A DNA stretch of 56,777 bases, counting the filler, from Sphacelaria rigidula (Eukaryota): the NCBI GenBank assembly GCA_964200075.2. It is 4 parts of 4 records of this genome, joined end to end, with 100 filler letters (N's around TTAATTAATTAA, not from the genome) between each part and the next. Parts side by side here need not be neighbours in the genome. Positions count along the whole stretch, not along the records: positions 1 to 14,120 come from CAXNAA020002448.1; positions 14,221 to 28,339 come from CAXNAA020002449.1; 2 more parts are not named here. One strand, 5' to 3'. Shown one piece after another: positions 14,049 to 25,270 of the stretch (its first letter is position 1; every line of letters begins with the position of its first letter). Position numbers and translations under genes: made by a program. Below the pieces are notes generated by a model. The model saw only the letters and a list, made by a program, of their open reading frames with translations, made no database searches and was not told the DNA's origin.

Positions 14049-14120
14049 GGGGGGGGGGGCGTACTCATTTGTTGCTTGCCTTAGTCGTTTGACCATTGAC
14101 CACGCATCCCTTTCGAGACG
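14049..14120 (-). mobile_element. 3' terminus of another copy of the same LINE family, running into the gap
   Basis: Matches 10975-11043 (gtactcat...gaccattgaccac..atccctttcgagacg). Confidence 0.75.
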
Positions 14121-14220
14121 NNNNNNNNNNNNNNNNNNNNNNNNNNNNNNNNNNNNNNNNNNNNTTAATTAATTAANNNNNNNNNNNNNNNNNNNNNNNN
14201 NNNNNNNNNNNNNNNNNNNN
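14121..14220. other. Assembly gap with TTAATTAATTAA linker
   Basis: 100-nt N run with a six-frame-stop linker at 14165-14176. Confidence 0.97.
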
Positions 14221-14311
14221 ATTATCATCATTATTATTATTATATCCGTCACATTAGCTCGATCTCTCGAACCCGTGGTCACGGAGTGCAAGGAGCATAC
14301 AATCCATACCC

Positions 14312-14730
14312 ATACTAGGATTAAATGATGTGTTCTGATGAATGTGATTGCACCGAAGCGAGAGTAGGCGGAATGAGTGTGGGACGTGAGCGCGAAATTC
14401 GTGAAGCAGCTGGAAACAGTCCGTATGACTGCAGCTAAAAAATAATTGGATGCTCAGAAACGGCGATACAGCATTGGCAGTAGAATTGGGATTGTTTCCA
14501 CCTAAAAAAAAAGAGACGTGAGAAAATTGAAATGGCAGTATAACGCAGGGAACATGCCAAGAAACGATTGCTGGCCAGAAATGATGGGGGAAGACAAAAG
14601 TAAGAGACATGATAGCAATAAGGGAAAAATGAACGCCAAAACGGAAAGTACGCAAGGAAGAGCACCTGAAGATATGCGGGGAGTTGAGAGAGGGGATGGG
14701 GTTGAAAACATATCTACGCGGCCTCATGAA
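14312..14730 (+). mobile_element. LINE ORF2 C-terminal fragment in the opposite orientation to 10973-14038
   Basis: Homologous to the reverse complement of 11440-11970 (ttctgatgaa.gt.attg.acc.aagc; gcacctgaagata..cggg..gttgagagagggga). Confidence 0.8.
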
Positions 14731-14977
14731 CTACAGTATTTTACAGCTGGTATTGCCGATTTTCGTCATTTTCCCCCAGTCGGTTATTTTTGACATTTTT
14801 CTCGCGTGCCACTGCTCATGCGAGTGCACCTTTGGTCCCAAAGTTGGGGGATCGGGAGAGACTAGGCATCCACGACGCATTTGGGAGAAAAATATTATCT
14901 GCACTGAATATTGAACGAAATACGGGCTGACCTGTTTTTTAAGGGTCCCAAGATGACCCAGCCCTAGGTCCTAACCC

Positions 14978-15057
14978 TTGGGGTGTACTCATGATCATGC
15001 ATGCCAAAGTCATCAGGCCATTGACCTCGCATCCCTACAAAGCCGGGACGGAGCTAA
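14978..15057 (-). mobile_element. LINE-related 3' end fragment
   Basis: ggggtgtactcat...ccattgacctcgcatccctacaaagccgggacggagc; near-copy at 17370-17430. Confidence 0.55.
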
Positions 15058-15069
15058 ANNNNNAATCAA

Positions 15070-15152
15070 TCACCAAGCGCGAAGCGCCGTGCTGTGTTCG
15101 GCGAGTCGCATGAAGGATGAGCTGAATCCTGCTTAGATTGTTCGGCCCGATT
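15070..15152 (+). repeat. Dispersed repeat with GCGAAGC mini-hairpin terminus (inverted copy at 28068-28146)
   Basis: tcaccaagcgcgaagcgccgtg...tcggcgagtc.ca.gaagg.tgagctg.atcct.ct.agattgttcggcc occurs twice. Confidence 0.7.
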
Positions 15153-15208
15153 CGTACCGATTATCTTGCATTTGGATGACAGCCGAAGATGAGTTACTTT
15201 ATTGCCTG

Positions 15209-16537
15209 CACACGTGGACAAATAGCACCCTGTAGGACGAGCTGCGCAGGGTTCTCCACAGTCCTTGTGAAAACCCCTATGTAGCATTTGCAAACCCTAG
15301 TACCTGTAATAGCATTTTGCATAGCGTTTTTGTCGAAACTCTGCAAGCAACCCTGTGGAGAGGCCTCCCCGACTTGGAAAATTCCAAATTATTTTGGTAC
15401 AAGATATGTAAATTTACTTTTTTGGAATAGCTTCTCCTGCTGTCCGAGATAAATTCCTTTTTGCCTGATTCAAATCAGGCAAAAAGGAATTTATCTTGGA
15501 CAGCAGGACCCCGAATCAGGCAAGAAGGAATTTTTTCTCGGACAGCAGGAGAAGCTATTCAAAACAGATCGTTTTTTCGCCCAATATATAATGGGCGAAA
15601 AAAGGATCAATTACGAACAGCTTCTTCTGCTGCGCAAATCCCGTGCACACTGGCAGATTCGGAATTTGAACAGCAGAAGAAGCTCGAAATAATTCTTCAC
15701 TATGCCCTCCAATTCATCCGGAAATTGGGCAAAATATATATTTATTGCGAACAGCGTCAGCTGGGCATATCCCGCATGCTGCACCGTTATCAGCATATGG
15801 AATCCGACAAGCAGAAAAAATTGTTGAAAGTAATTCATCCTCTTGCCGCCCGGTCCATGCACATGGGCTAAAGGATGAAAAATGCTCAACAGTTTTTGCT
15901 GAATAGAGATCCGTTACACTGATTATGATCGAGTGCATGTCCACACGCCTATGAGATAAGATACGACGCTTCTGCTCAAGATGTGGATATTGGGATGTGG
16001 GTGTATACCTCGCATATGAGTGCACATTGCTTTTGAAAACCTCGTGGTGCGCAGTCTACCAAAATCACTCAACCGAGTATGCTTTTGTTTAGAGAGGCTT
16101 TTGCTTGATAGTTATTGGAAGCACAAAATAATTTTGCCACAGACAACAAATCGGGTAGCTCAATGTGCAACCTGACGCACTCTTGAACACAATATCGCGG
16201 GCTCGGTTTTCATTCCTGCCACTTCTCGATCGCTTTTCCTGCCAGTACCATGCCCGTGCTGTATGGAATATATTTTGTATGCGTGCGATAAAGGCTGCAC
16301 AGCATATTAACAGCGATGAATTCTACACGGAGTGACGAAACCCTGTGAAGCGCCCTGTGTGGCACAAAATAATACCCTACAATCAAATCCCCGCGAGAAA
16401 AACCCTGCACAGTTTCCCTGAACGCTGTGAAGCGTCCTGTGGGGCGCGAAAAAAACCCCAGATCCCCGCGAGAAACACTGCACAGTTTGCCTGAACCCTG
16501 TAGACGTGCCCCACAGGGTGCTATTTGTCCACGTGTG
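15209..16537. mobile_element. Non-autonomous TIR DNA transposon
   Basis: 25-bp perfect TIR cacacgtggacaaatagcaccctgt ... acagggtgctatttgtccacgtgtg; flanks TG / TA; subterminal accctgt repeats; internal palindrome 15422-15563. Confidence 0.85.
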
Positions 16538-16539
16538 TA

Positions 16540-17366
16540 TGTAACTTTACATTGTCACGTGTCAAGTATGATGTAACGTGACATTGGCACGTGTCACGTT
16601 CGAATATAACGTATCATTTTATGCATATCGCGGCTCATTCACCAGTGTTGGAGGTGTTTGACGTGTCGTGTAACGCGTGAAGTCACCGTGTACGTGGCAC
16701 TGACGGTCGCCCGTCGTATGTTTGATCGTAGGCGCATTATCTGAATATATTTCGCGTCTTTCTCTACAGTGTAGCATGCATTCACAACATTCCCCTCGCC
16801 TTCAGCCTGTGCAGCGATGGCTAGTGGTGAACGGTCAAACGACTGACGCAAGCAAAAAGTGAGTACGTGAACGTGACGTGAACGCGTATGTAACACCTGA
16901 TCCCTTGACATCTTGATATGAATATGGTCGAGATGATTCTGATGCTGTGCTGCGGTGATGACTTATAATGTCAGCTGTGGAGCAGAGCGCGAATTTGCCG
17001 CCAGAGTATGTTCTATACCATGGTCATTCAAGCTCACACGTTTCTTGAAGCACAATATTCAATCTTCTAGGATTTCAAAATTCATTGCAGAGCTGAAGTT
17101 TTCATCGCTTCATGTAACGTGTTTATGACTTATCATGTAACATGTAACGTAATATGTAATGTTTGTGCAATTTAGCGTAACGTGACACGTGACGCGTGTC
17201 ACGTTAGTAAAATGTAACGTTACGTTGACGTGACATCTGGAAATTTAAGGTAACGTTTACGTGATCTTAATCACGTTGAAAAATTTAACGTGAGCATAAC
17301 GTGACGCCCAGAACGTAACGGTTCACGTCATGTGTCACGCTGTCACGTGTCATGTATCCCTCCCTG
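16540..17366. repeat. ACGT/CACGTG/AACGTGAC motif arrays, probably subterminal repeats of a DNA transposon
   Basis: Dense gtaacgt, cacgtg and gtcacgt motifs at 16540-16700 and 17110-17355, ending in ...ccctccctg. Confidence 0.55.
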
Positions 17367-17369
17367 GCA

Positions 17370-17522
17370 CTCGTGATCTTGCATGCCATAGTCAAATGAC
17401 CATTGGCCTCGCATCCCTACAAAGCCGGGAGGGGGTGCATGTACCCACTCGTTGGTCACTCGTTGCTTGCCTTAGTCTGTTGACCATTGACCAAGTATCC
17501 CTGTCGCGAAGCACCATTCCCA
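17370..17522 (-). mobile_element. Two tandem LINE 3'-end fragments
   Basis: Similar to 14990-15050 and to gttgcttgccttagtc..ttgaccattgacca..tatccct of 10940-11055. Confidence 0.6.
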
Positions 17523-17639
17523 TTGCTAACAGAGACCTACAACATTTGGGCGTTCATTACGTTCCTTTCATGAATTACACAAAACCCTAGCACAGGAGGG
17601 GGTGAACCAATCCCGATCACTCTCGTTAATAATTCTGCA

Positions 17640-19642
17640 GACCCAATTTTGTTTTATATTGATTGTACTGAAGCCGAAATAAATGTGTTTTGGACCGAAA
17701 ATGGTCAGCAACACCCTTTTTCAATTCAGCCACGAGCTCTGATTCCACAGTCGATGGCACCGTTAGTCCTGTGCAGTTCCACGTTGAGCCTGACTGGACC
17801 ATGTAAAAGAAAGACAAGATCAAATAACGTCGATTTCCCCTTGTCTGGGTAGTACTAACAGTCTTCTTCTCGCTTTCACGGGTAGCCTCCATCCCGAGCA
17901 CCAACGGCACGTCTCCCATGCTGGTCATCGAGACACATCCCATTTGTTTCTGGTTGGTTGTTCCCAGCACTGTGAGATATTTCCCGAGTAGTCAAACGTC
18001 ATCCACGTACGAGGTTAAGATATAGATATCGCCGGTCCCCGTGGAGATGTATACGCAGGGGTCCGACTTGAGGCTTCTAAACACGATCTCCGCCAGATGT
18101 CTGTCGACCGTACTCCACCAACAGTTGGGGCTTTGACGAGGCTTTTGCGAAGCTTCAACCTCCTCAAGTTCAGAGCTCAGTAAAGCGGTGTTGTAGCCCA
18201 CCTGCAAGTACTTCAGATTGTACTCAACCGTTGTTGCCGACAACATGCGGATACTCTGAATCTTTCAGACCGGAGCAAACGTGCTGCCGCAGTCGACGCC
18301 GCGGACCTTTCCCTTCCATTTTCCTAGACCCGGTCCCGCAGCAAGAGTCAACCCACCCTCCGTGTTGGTGACCCGCCAAACTTGAGGCTACCTGTCGCTG
18401 TTCGACGTCACTCGGTGATACAACGAGCTGCCGAACGTCAACCAGACGTATTATGTTACTCCCAGTACCGCCAATGTACGGGCTAGGGTGGACAGCGCCC
18501 CGCTGATGGCCAGGAGCATGTTGTTGGCTCTGTCCCGAAGTCCCAGTCCCCCCCTTTGCTTTTCTTCCGTTAAAAGAACCAACCCCCTAACTTCCGAACC
18601 GTTGATCTCCCCGAAGGCTCCGAACATCCCGCTGCTGTCGAACGAAGCAACTGGTTCGTCGGTGGGAGCGAACGGCCAGATATCCTTCGGTTGCGTTGTA
18701 TTTTCGTATTTGGCGCTTCCACGGCGCTGAGGGAGATTGCTAGAGACGACTCGTCTGTACCGAGGACCACCGGATATGCTGATCACGGACTAGCGAGGTG
18801 TGCGCTCGTACTTTCACTGTTGTGCCGTTGGGGACATTGCATTCCTGTTCGCCGTGGTTACTCGTCAAGTAAGCACCACCGTGGCTTACCGCCACCCCCG
18901 TTTACCTTGTTGCCTCCCCTGTTCGCAAATTGGACCGCATTGTGAACGGCGTAGTCTCTCTTGATATGACCTCGCCTCTCGCAGAAGAAGCATTCTATGC
19001 CACTCATTCTACCGCTGTCACTTCCCCCGCTTGCCTGCATGGCAACGCCACGGCGTGCGTTCAAGTTTGCGGCGTGCGAGCGAGATAGTCAACGTGCCTG
19101 GTGCTGACTATGTGCCAAATGCCCGAGTTTAAATCTTGATTTTCGCAACTGGCAATACGGACCCTCTCATATTAGGGAGGAAAGGCTCGGAGAAGAGTAT
19201 CTTGGTCACGGTAATGGAGCATTGACTGGTCCATGTCGTTCATACGGTCGCGGCAGCCGTCCATCTGTAGAGGAAATCGTCCGGATCATCTCCTGACTGC
19301 ATCGTCGTGGTCTGCAACGTTTTGTAGCACTCCCTCCTTGTCTCCTTGGCATTATGGTCATATTTTGCTCCCAATGCTGCTCACGCCACTTGTCCGTTGC
19401 ATATCCCACCCTCGTAAGTCTGACCCAAATGTCGTTTGATGATGTTATGTGCGGATAGCTTTGTGCTGAAAGAACAGAATCCTGAATAAGTCTCGATTGG
19501 CACGGTTTAATGCTGTATGGATATAATAACAATGATGATGATGATGATGATGAAAGTAATAGTAATAGTAATAGTAATAGTGATAGTGACAGTAATAATA
19601 ATAGTAATAATAACAATAACAATAATAATAATAATAATAATG

Positions 19643-19676
<34 letters not shown>

Positions 19677-19915
19677 TAATAATAATAGTAATAATAATAG
19701 TAATAATAATAACAATAATAATGCCGTCGGAGCGTCCACATTACTGGTCGGCGTATCGTTGCCGATCAGGGTGGTCTCTTGTCTCGACTGGCCCTGTAGG
19801 ATATCGGCGACCGCCTTCTGATGAGGGTAAAGTATAACACCGATTTTGTCTTCATAATACCTGAGCCTGGCTTCGTCTCTACCGTCGAATCGCGAACAAT
19901 GCTTCAGCACCCCTC
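17640..19915 (-). mobile_element. Degenerate Ty1/Copia LTR retrotransposon internal region (gag, zinc knuckle, RT, RNase H remnants)
   Basis: Minus strand: CFFCERRGHIKRD (CCHC knuckle), GVDCGSTFAPV..IQSIRML, FRSLKSDPCVY...LTSYVDDV, MGDVPLVLGME, STVESELVA. Internal deletions and stops; no LTR pair recognised. Confidence 0.9.
19522..19722 (+). repeat. Compound (GAT)n/(AGTAAT)n/(AAT)n microsatellite inside the Copia gag
   Basis: Direct reading; the source of several spurious homopolymer ORFs. Confidence 0.95.
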
Positions 19916-20229
19916 AGATGTTCTTATGGTTGTCCGCTACAGCAATCACGTTCGACTTGGAGCAAGAAGGATCGCGACGGAGTAAATGGCACCATCTTCA
20001 GGATAACTTTCCCCTACCGCAGCAGCAGCTCTTTCAGGCGCCGCTTAACTTCAAAGCTCAACTTCAAGGCCACGACGGAGGAAAACAAGAAAAAAAGCAA
20101 ATAACGACGCGTGCTGCGTAGTCGATCACCGTAGTACGATCGTTGTCGATCGCCGCTGCCCTTTCGAGGGAAAATATACTGTAACGATATCGAATGTGGT
20201 ACACGTTGGTACGATACAGTCACGGCTGC

Positions 20230-23200
20230 TTACTTCAGCAGTGAACGCATATAGATATAGGCTTGCCTGCCGAGGAATCGTGGATTTTACGTCGCGGACC
20301 AGTGCCATAGTGCCAAACGCGCCCAGATGTAGAACCGCCCTCCAGAAATAAATCATGAACGCTATTTCATTCAGGCTGCGACACATTGCGGTAGTGCCAG
20401 AAGAGCACAGATATGTGTCGTCCCTACATTTACGCACCCTACTTCGTTTCAGGTCGTGATGCACTGATGAGTGCAGAGAGCGCACAGGTGTAGTACCATC
20501 CCGTAAACGTTTTCTCACCCTACTTTGTTGTTGAGGCCACGACGCACTGGTGCAGCTCCAGACGCGCACAGAAGTTGTGCCGGTCTTAGTTCTGACTCAA
20601 CTGACGTCGTTCCCAGGTGGAAATCCCCTGGTGATCCTAGCTTCTGCTTGACGCCCCAAGCTCCGAGAGTCCCTGCAGGAAGACACCGGAAGGTGCCGTG
20701 CGAGGCTGACTCACCATTTGGAAAATGTCCCCAGACACTTTCATCGTGGTCCCAAGGGCTGACGCTGGTGGTGGTTAAGCCATGACCAAACTGACACACA
20801 CCGTGAGGGGTAAAGGCATGAGATGATGATAAAGGTTCCGCTCGCGGGCGAAAAAGTCATGAACAACTCACGGTGCTGCACGATCTGGCGAAGAGTAACA
20901 AGGAGGGCCACACCCACTTCAAACAGATGTCGGTGACACTCCGCTGCATTTCCATATCCACATGCATGTTATGTACGGATGCCATCGTGGTTTTCTGCTG
21001 AACTCACTTAGCATAACACAATACGAAGTGTTCACTTGACGGGCTCTATAGAGCCTCAATTCTTAGGAGACCCCAATGTGTCTACCTCAGGTTTCGTCAC
21101 GTATCCCCGTGGAATGTCTCATACATCGGCTGATGTGCCGCAAGGATTGTCCCCACCATCTCTGTGTATCGAATGGTCATGTTTGAACACATCATCGATG
21201 ACACCCCAACCACTATCGTGCGGATCTAAACCTCGATCCCTAAAGATGCTGTGCGGAAGATGCGTGGAGAAGGATGAACAATGCAAAGGACAGGAAGGCG
21301 AGGCTGCAGTTGGCAGACGAGCGCCTCCATCGCTTCATCGAATGTGAGTCTAATGCAGTCCACACCGGCTGTCGATGTGGTGTCAGATAATATATGTTGA
21401 TCCGTGTGTCTCATGAGGCCCTAATATACTTTTTCATGGCGCGCGAGGGCATTGATTTTACACAAATGTTTGTGATTGCACCGGCACCCAGTTCAAGACA
21501 TACTGGTATACGCTTACCCCGTGTCCGATTACACTGTGAGCTGCTCTGCCCTTGGCTGTGCACGACGCATGCTGGAAATATCCTGCAACGGTAAACAGAG
21601 CGTTCGGGAGTTTGCGGTCGCAGTCTAGCCCCCCTCACTATTTGCGAAACCTTGCAATATGCTCGTGGTCCCGAACGCGTTCCGTCGTGTGTATGTTGCC
21701 GACATCAGACTTTCCACTGGCACTGCCACAGCCTTGCGCCGACGTTCTTCATATCAACGCTGTCGAGCTCGAGCGCGACTGCTCCGTCCTCACTGTCACG
21801 GAGTTCGAGTAAGTGCCCTTCACGATTCAGGCAGTACTGTCAGACTACGTAATCTAGTACTTCGCCCACTTCAAACAGAGCTGTTTTCTGGCACTTCACC
21901 AGTCTGTTTATTGAGCGAGAGGAGAGACATTGCTGGAACAAGACCATTGATACACCTTTCGTAAGTAGGTATGGTGAGCAGCGAAAACGCTTCAGATCGT
22001 GGCGGGGATTTCGTGCAACTGAGATATCCGAGTAGGGGAAACGGAAAAGCTGAAATGAATTGAGCACTTATGTTTATTTTCTACTGTACTGGGATATATT
22101 CCAATACTTTCCGCCATACAATTTCTCCTGCAAAGCCCTCACCGGGTAAACTTGGAGCACGCAAAACCAACAGTAGCAAGATTGCCATGCTAAAACACCA
22201 TTTATCGAGTCTTGAGGTGCTCGGAGGCCAAACTACGTGAACCACTGTTTTCGTGATTCCACCATTAAAGAGTTTCGGAAAACGCAATTTTGTCATTTCA
22301 GAGTGCAAATATCTCAGGATCAGAGTGCAGAATATAAAAAAAACTCATCGAAAGAAAGTGAAGGGGATACCACAACTGGCGGAGCGGGGAATATTTTTGG
22401 TGACACTCTGACCCTGAGATATTTGCAATCTGACATGACAAAAAAGCGTTTTCCGAAACTCTCTATTGTATACTTTTTGTTGGACGCCAATGTTTGGATC
22501 GGTAAACTGTTGCATGGAAAACGGTCGTCTACAAGAGACATATCTCAGTAATGTTTGATAGCGAGGATACGGGGGGCAGGGGGGGGATGGCAGCCTACCG
22601 GGGAATTTCATCAGCACGCGTTTTGTCAGAATTCATATTTTTGGCTTGTGGTCTAACGATTCGCTTGAAATCTAAATGCTGAGCCGGGTAAAACCGGCCG
22701 TAATGGCGGAGCAATCCCAAGAAGAACCCGAATGATCCCATTATCCGAACTGAGACCACCTCCGGAACTGCCCTGGAAAGAAGGTGGTCAGAACGAACTT
22801 TGGAGTTGAGACCACGTCTGCCTTCTCTGTGAGATGCCGGGTGACTTGTGTGAGATTGACCATCAGGTTACCTACATCCATGGCCTTGAGTTCTCGAATT
22901 TGGATTTCCGCTATGCAAGTCGGTCAACTTCTACCAGAAGAGTGTGAAGGGGTTAGATAAACAAAAGTAATCAAGCGTGAACCTGACCTAGTGGGAGACT
23001 TGAGACCCACAATGGCCATGTGAACCCCTAGCCCGCGTGAGGTTGATCGCAGGCACTGCAATGTTTCCCGAATACTAACCAACGCACTAGTTTTTGTCGA
23101 CTCCTAAAACTTGAGGTGAAGCGTCGACTTTCACAAGCCATGGCAACCGAAAAACAGCAAAATAATCCTTTGTAGGGTGGTGTTTTTGCAGTCAATTTAA

Positions 23201-23750
23201 CCTGTATGGAACTGGCAAAAAAATCGATAACATCATCGGGGCTTGGCGACGAAGCTTGCAGTCATATATGCTCCTGTAGGGTAATAATGAAATAGTCATC
23301 GCTGTATGATAAGCACTGTTGTAGGTGGAGGGAGCAGATGTTGACAAGTAGCCGTGACGATGCGTTTCCGCCCCTACGCCTCTCGGGCAGCGACGCGGCC
23401 TACAATTGTCACCACAGTAGTGTGTCAAGCGTATTTGCTCCTTCTTGAGGCATGATGAGCACGTCTGCCTTGCCACTTTGCAGATGATGTGGCTGCGTGG
23501 TTGAAGTCGGTGATGAAGATGAACGACTGCCCTGACTGGATCTATTGCACTGGTGACTTGCACTGACGACTAATGTGCTTTCATGTCTTGGATAACGATC
23601 TTATTTGTTTTCCCGACAACCTTTCGTCGATCGACGAAGGAAACGTCATCGGTAGCGGGGTTCAATCTTCTGCGCACCCAATCCATCATGCACGCCGTAC
23701 ATATCGCATACTATACTGCTGGAAAAGTGTTGTTAATGTCACCTGACAGG
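20230..23750 (-). pseudogene. Possible decayed multi-exon gene or transposase fragments (unidentified, Cys/His-rich)
   Basis: Exon-like stretches with splice signals and in-frame stops, e.g. YAICTACMMDWVRRRL...CKVARQTCSSCLKKEQIRLTHYCGDNC (23200-23745) and HACGYGNAAECHRHLFEVGVALL (~20870-20970). Confidence 0.25.
22270..22461. repeat. Inverted repeat, ~58-bp arms with ~76-bp spacer
   Basis: gagtttcggaaaacgc..ttttgtcat.tcaga.tgcaaatatctcagg.tcagagtg and its reverse complement at 22404-22461. Confidence 0.8.
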
Positions 23751-24134
23751 ATAGAGACATCATGCAGAACATGAACGTGACCCCTCAGAGACAACGATGA
23801 AGAAGCTAGTGGACCCAATCGACGAACCCATTTACCGTCCAGGTCTCTAGTGAACCCTATTTAGACCCCCCTTGGGGATGGTTTGGAGTGGCTATTGATA
23901 GAGGGACCATATCCACATCGAAGGGCTGTGACGCGTATTGTAGTGATCGTTGTGGACAGAAATCGCACCAGTAGTACGTGCGTTCGTGTGTGTGCGAGGA
24001 TTGCACACACCGCAGCACAATTGAATTGTTTAGGAAGAGGGAAAATGTGCACCCCTCCCTCCACCATTGCCAGAAGACCGGTGCACATCCGCTACTCACA
24101 CATTCTCTTCAGGAAACATCTTGCTGACTACCCA

Positions 24135-24385
24135 TGTCCATCTGGGGTCCACTCACGTCTGCAAGGACACGGTCTTGCATTATGGTGCAACCTCCATCTC
24201 GGATGCTGATGTTTCCGATGAACGTCCATCCGGGATATTGTATCCCACAGGGATATCCATCTGGGATATGAACATTCCGGATGGATATCCAGATGGGTGT
24301 TTCGGGTGGACATTCCTGATGAATACCTATATCTCATATGGGTATCCATATACCAGATGGACATCCCAGATGAACACCCCAAATA
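24135..24385. repeat. Quasi-palindromic array of CATCTGG / CCAGATG motifs (MITE-like)
   Basis: ccatctggg / catccggga repeats on the left and ccagatgg / cccagatga on the right. Confidence 0.55.
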
Positions 24386-25270
24386 GATGCGATATCGCAG
24401 GTGGAGGTTTCACGAACATGCACGGCTCCCTCAAAAGCTCTCGCCGCAATCCTCGCGGGACCACGAGCGGACAAAATTACTTCGAATGTTTACCACAGAC
24501 GCTTTAAATTCCAAGTGTGATAGGGACAGGTGTTGGTTGGCATTGCTTGACCAGAAAATGCTCAGTAACACAGCGCAGATAGCATGTTCCATCTAGTATT
24601 TATGCGGAGTAACCGCTGTCGATTGAAGCTTTCAAACATTGGAATTTGCGTCTGGAATAGTACGAACGGGTTTGAGAAACGGTCCAGTTGTATTTTAGAT
24701 CTTTGACAACGGTAGGGTACGATTTCTTGAAAAGAAAAGCACAGGAGAACTCACGAGCACATCGCGAGCCCCAGTCTTTCACTCTCCACTTTTCCGGCTT
24801 CCCAACATGGATCCCAACAGTTTATTGTTCTCAAGAGTCTTTGTTAGCCAGAAGCGCCCATTTAACACCAATGTCTCCTCACTGCATAGTTAAGCCACAG
24901 CAAGCTCGGCAGCTCAGCATCAGACATCGTCAGCCCATGGCAGCCATTTGTGGGTGTACAATCACACATGCTCAACAAAATCATGGCTCTTCGAGGAGTT
25001 CGCTCATGTTTATGTGAATTCTCCAAAATGGTTCATGTGCTCGGTGCCTCTTCAGGTTGAGATAGAGTGAACGTCGTAGATGCCCAACCGCGCTGCCAAA
25101 GTCTCATCTATGCTTGGAGAAAATGAGCAGGTCGTGAATGATTTCGATTGTCTGAATAATAGGGGCGGTCTTGGGGTAAAATGATATTGAGTCTTCGAGG
25201 ATTTGTGTTTGAAAAATGACCAACTGCTACCAAATACCGTCCATCGTTACGTGTGCTACTCGATTTCCAG

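Noticed and set aside
14165-14176. TTAATTAATTAA palindrome recurring three times
   Set aside because: Artificial linker centred in 100-nt N gaps.
15461-15871. 136-aa ORF as a transposase of the TIR element
   Set aside because: No DDE or HTH motif recognised, and it overlaps the internal palindrome.
19206-19910. Poly-Leu/Tyr/Asn/Ile ORFs
   Set aside because: Translations of an (AAT)n microsatellite; only the flanks are Copia gag remnants.
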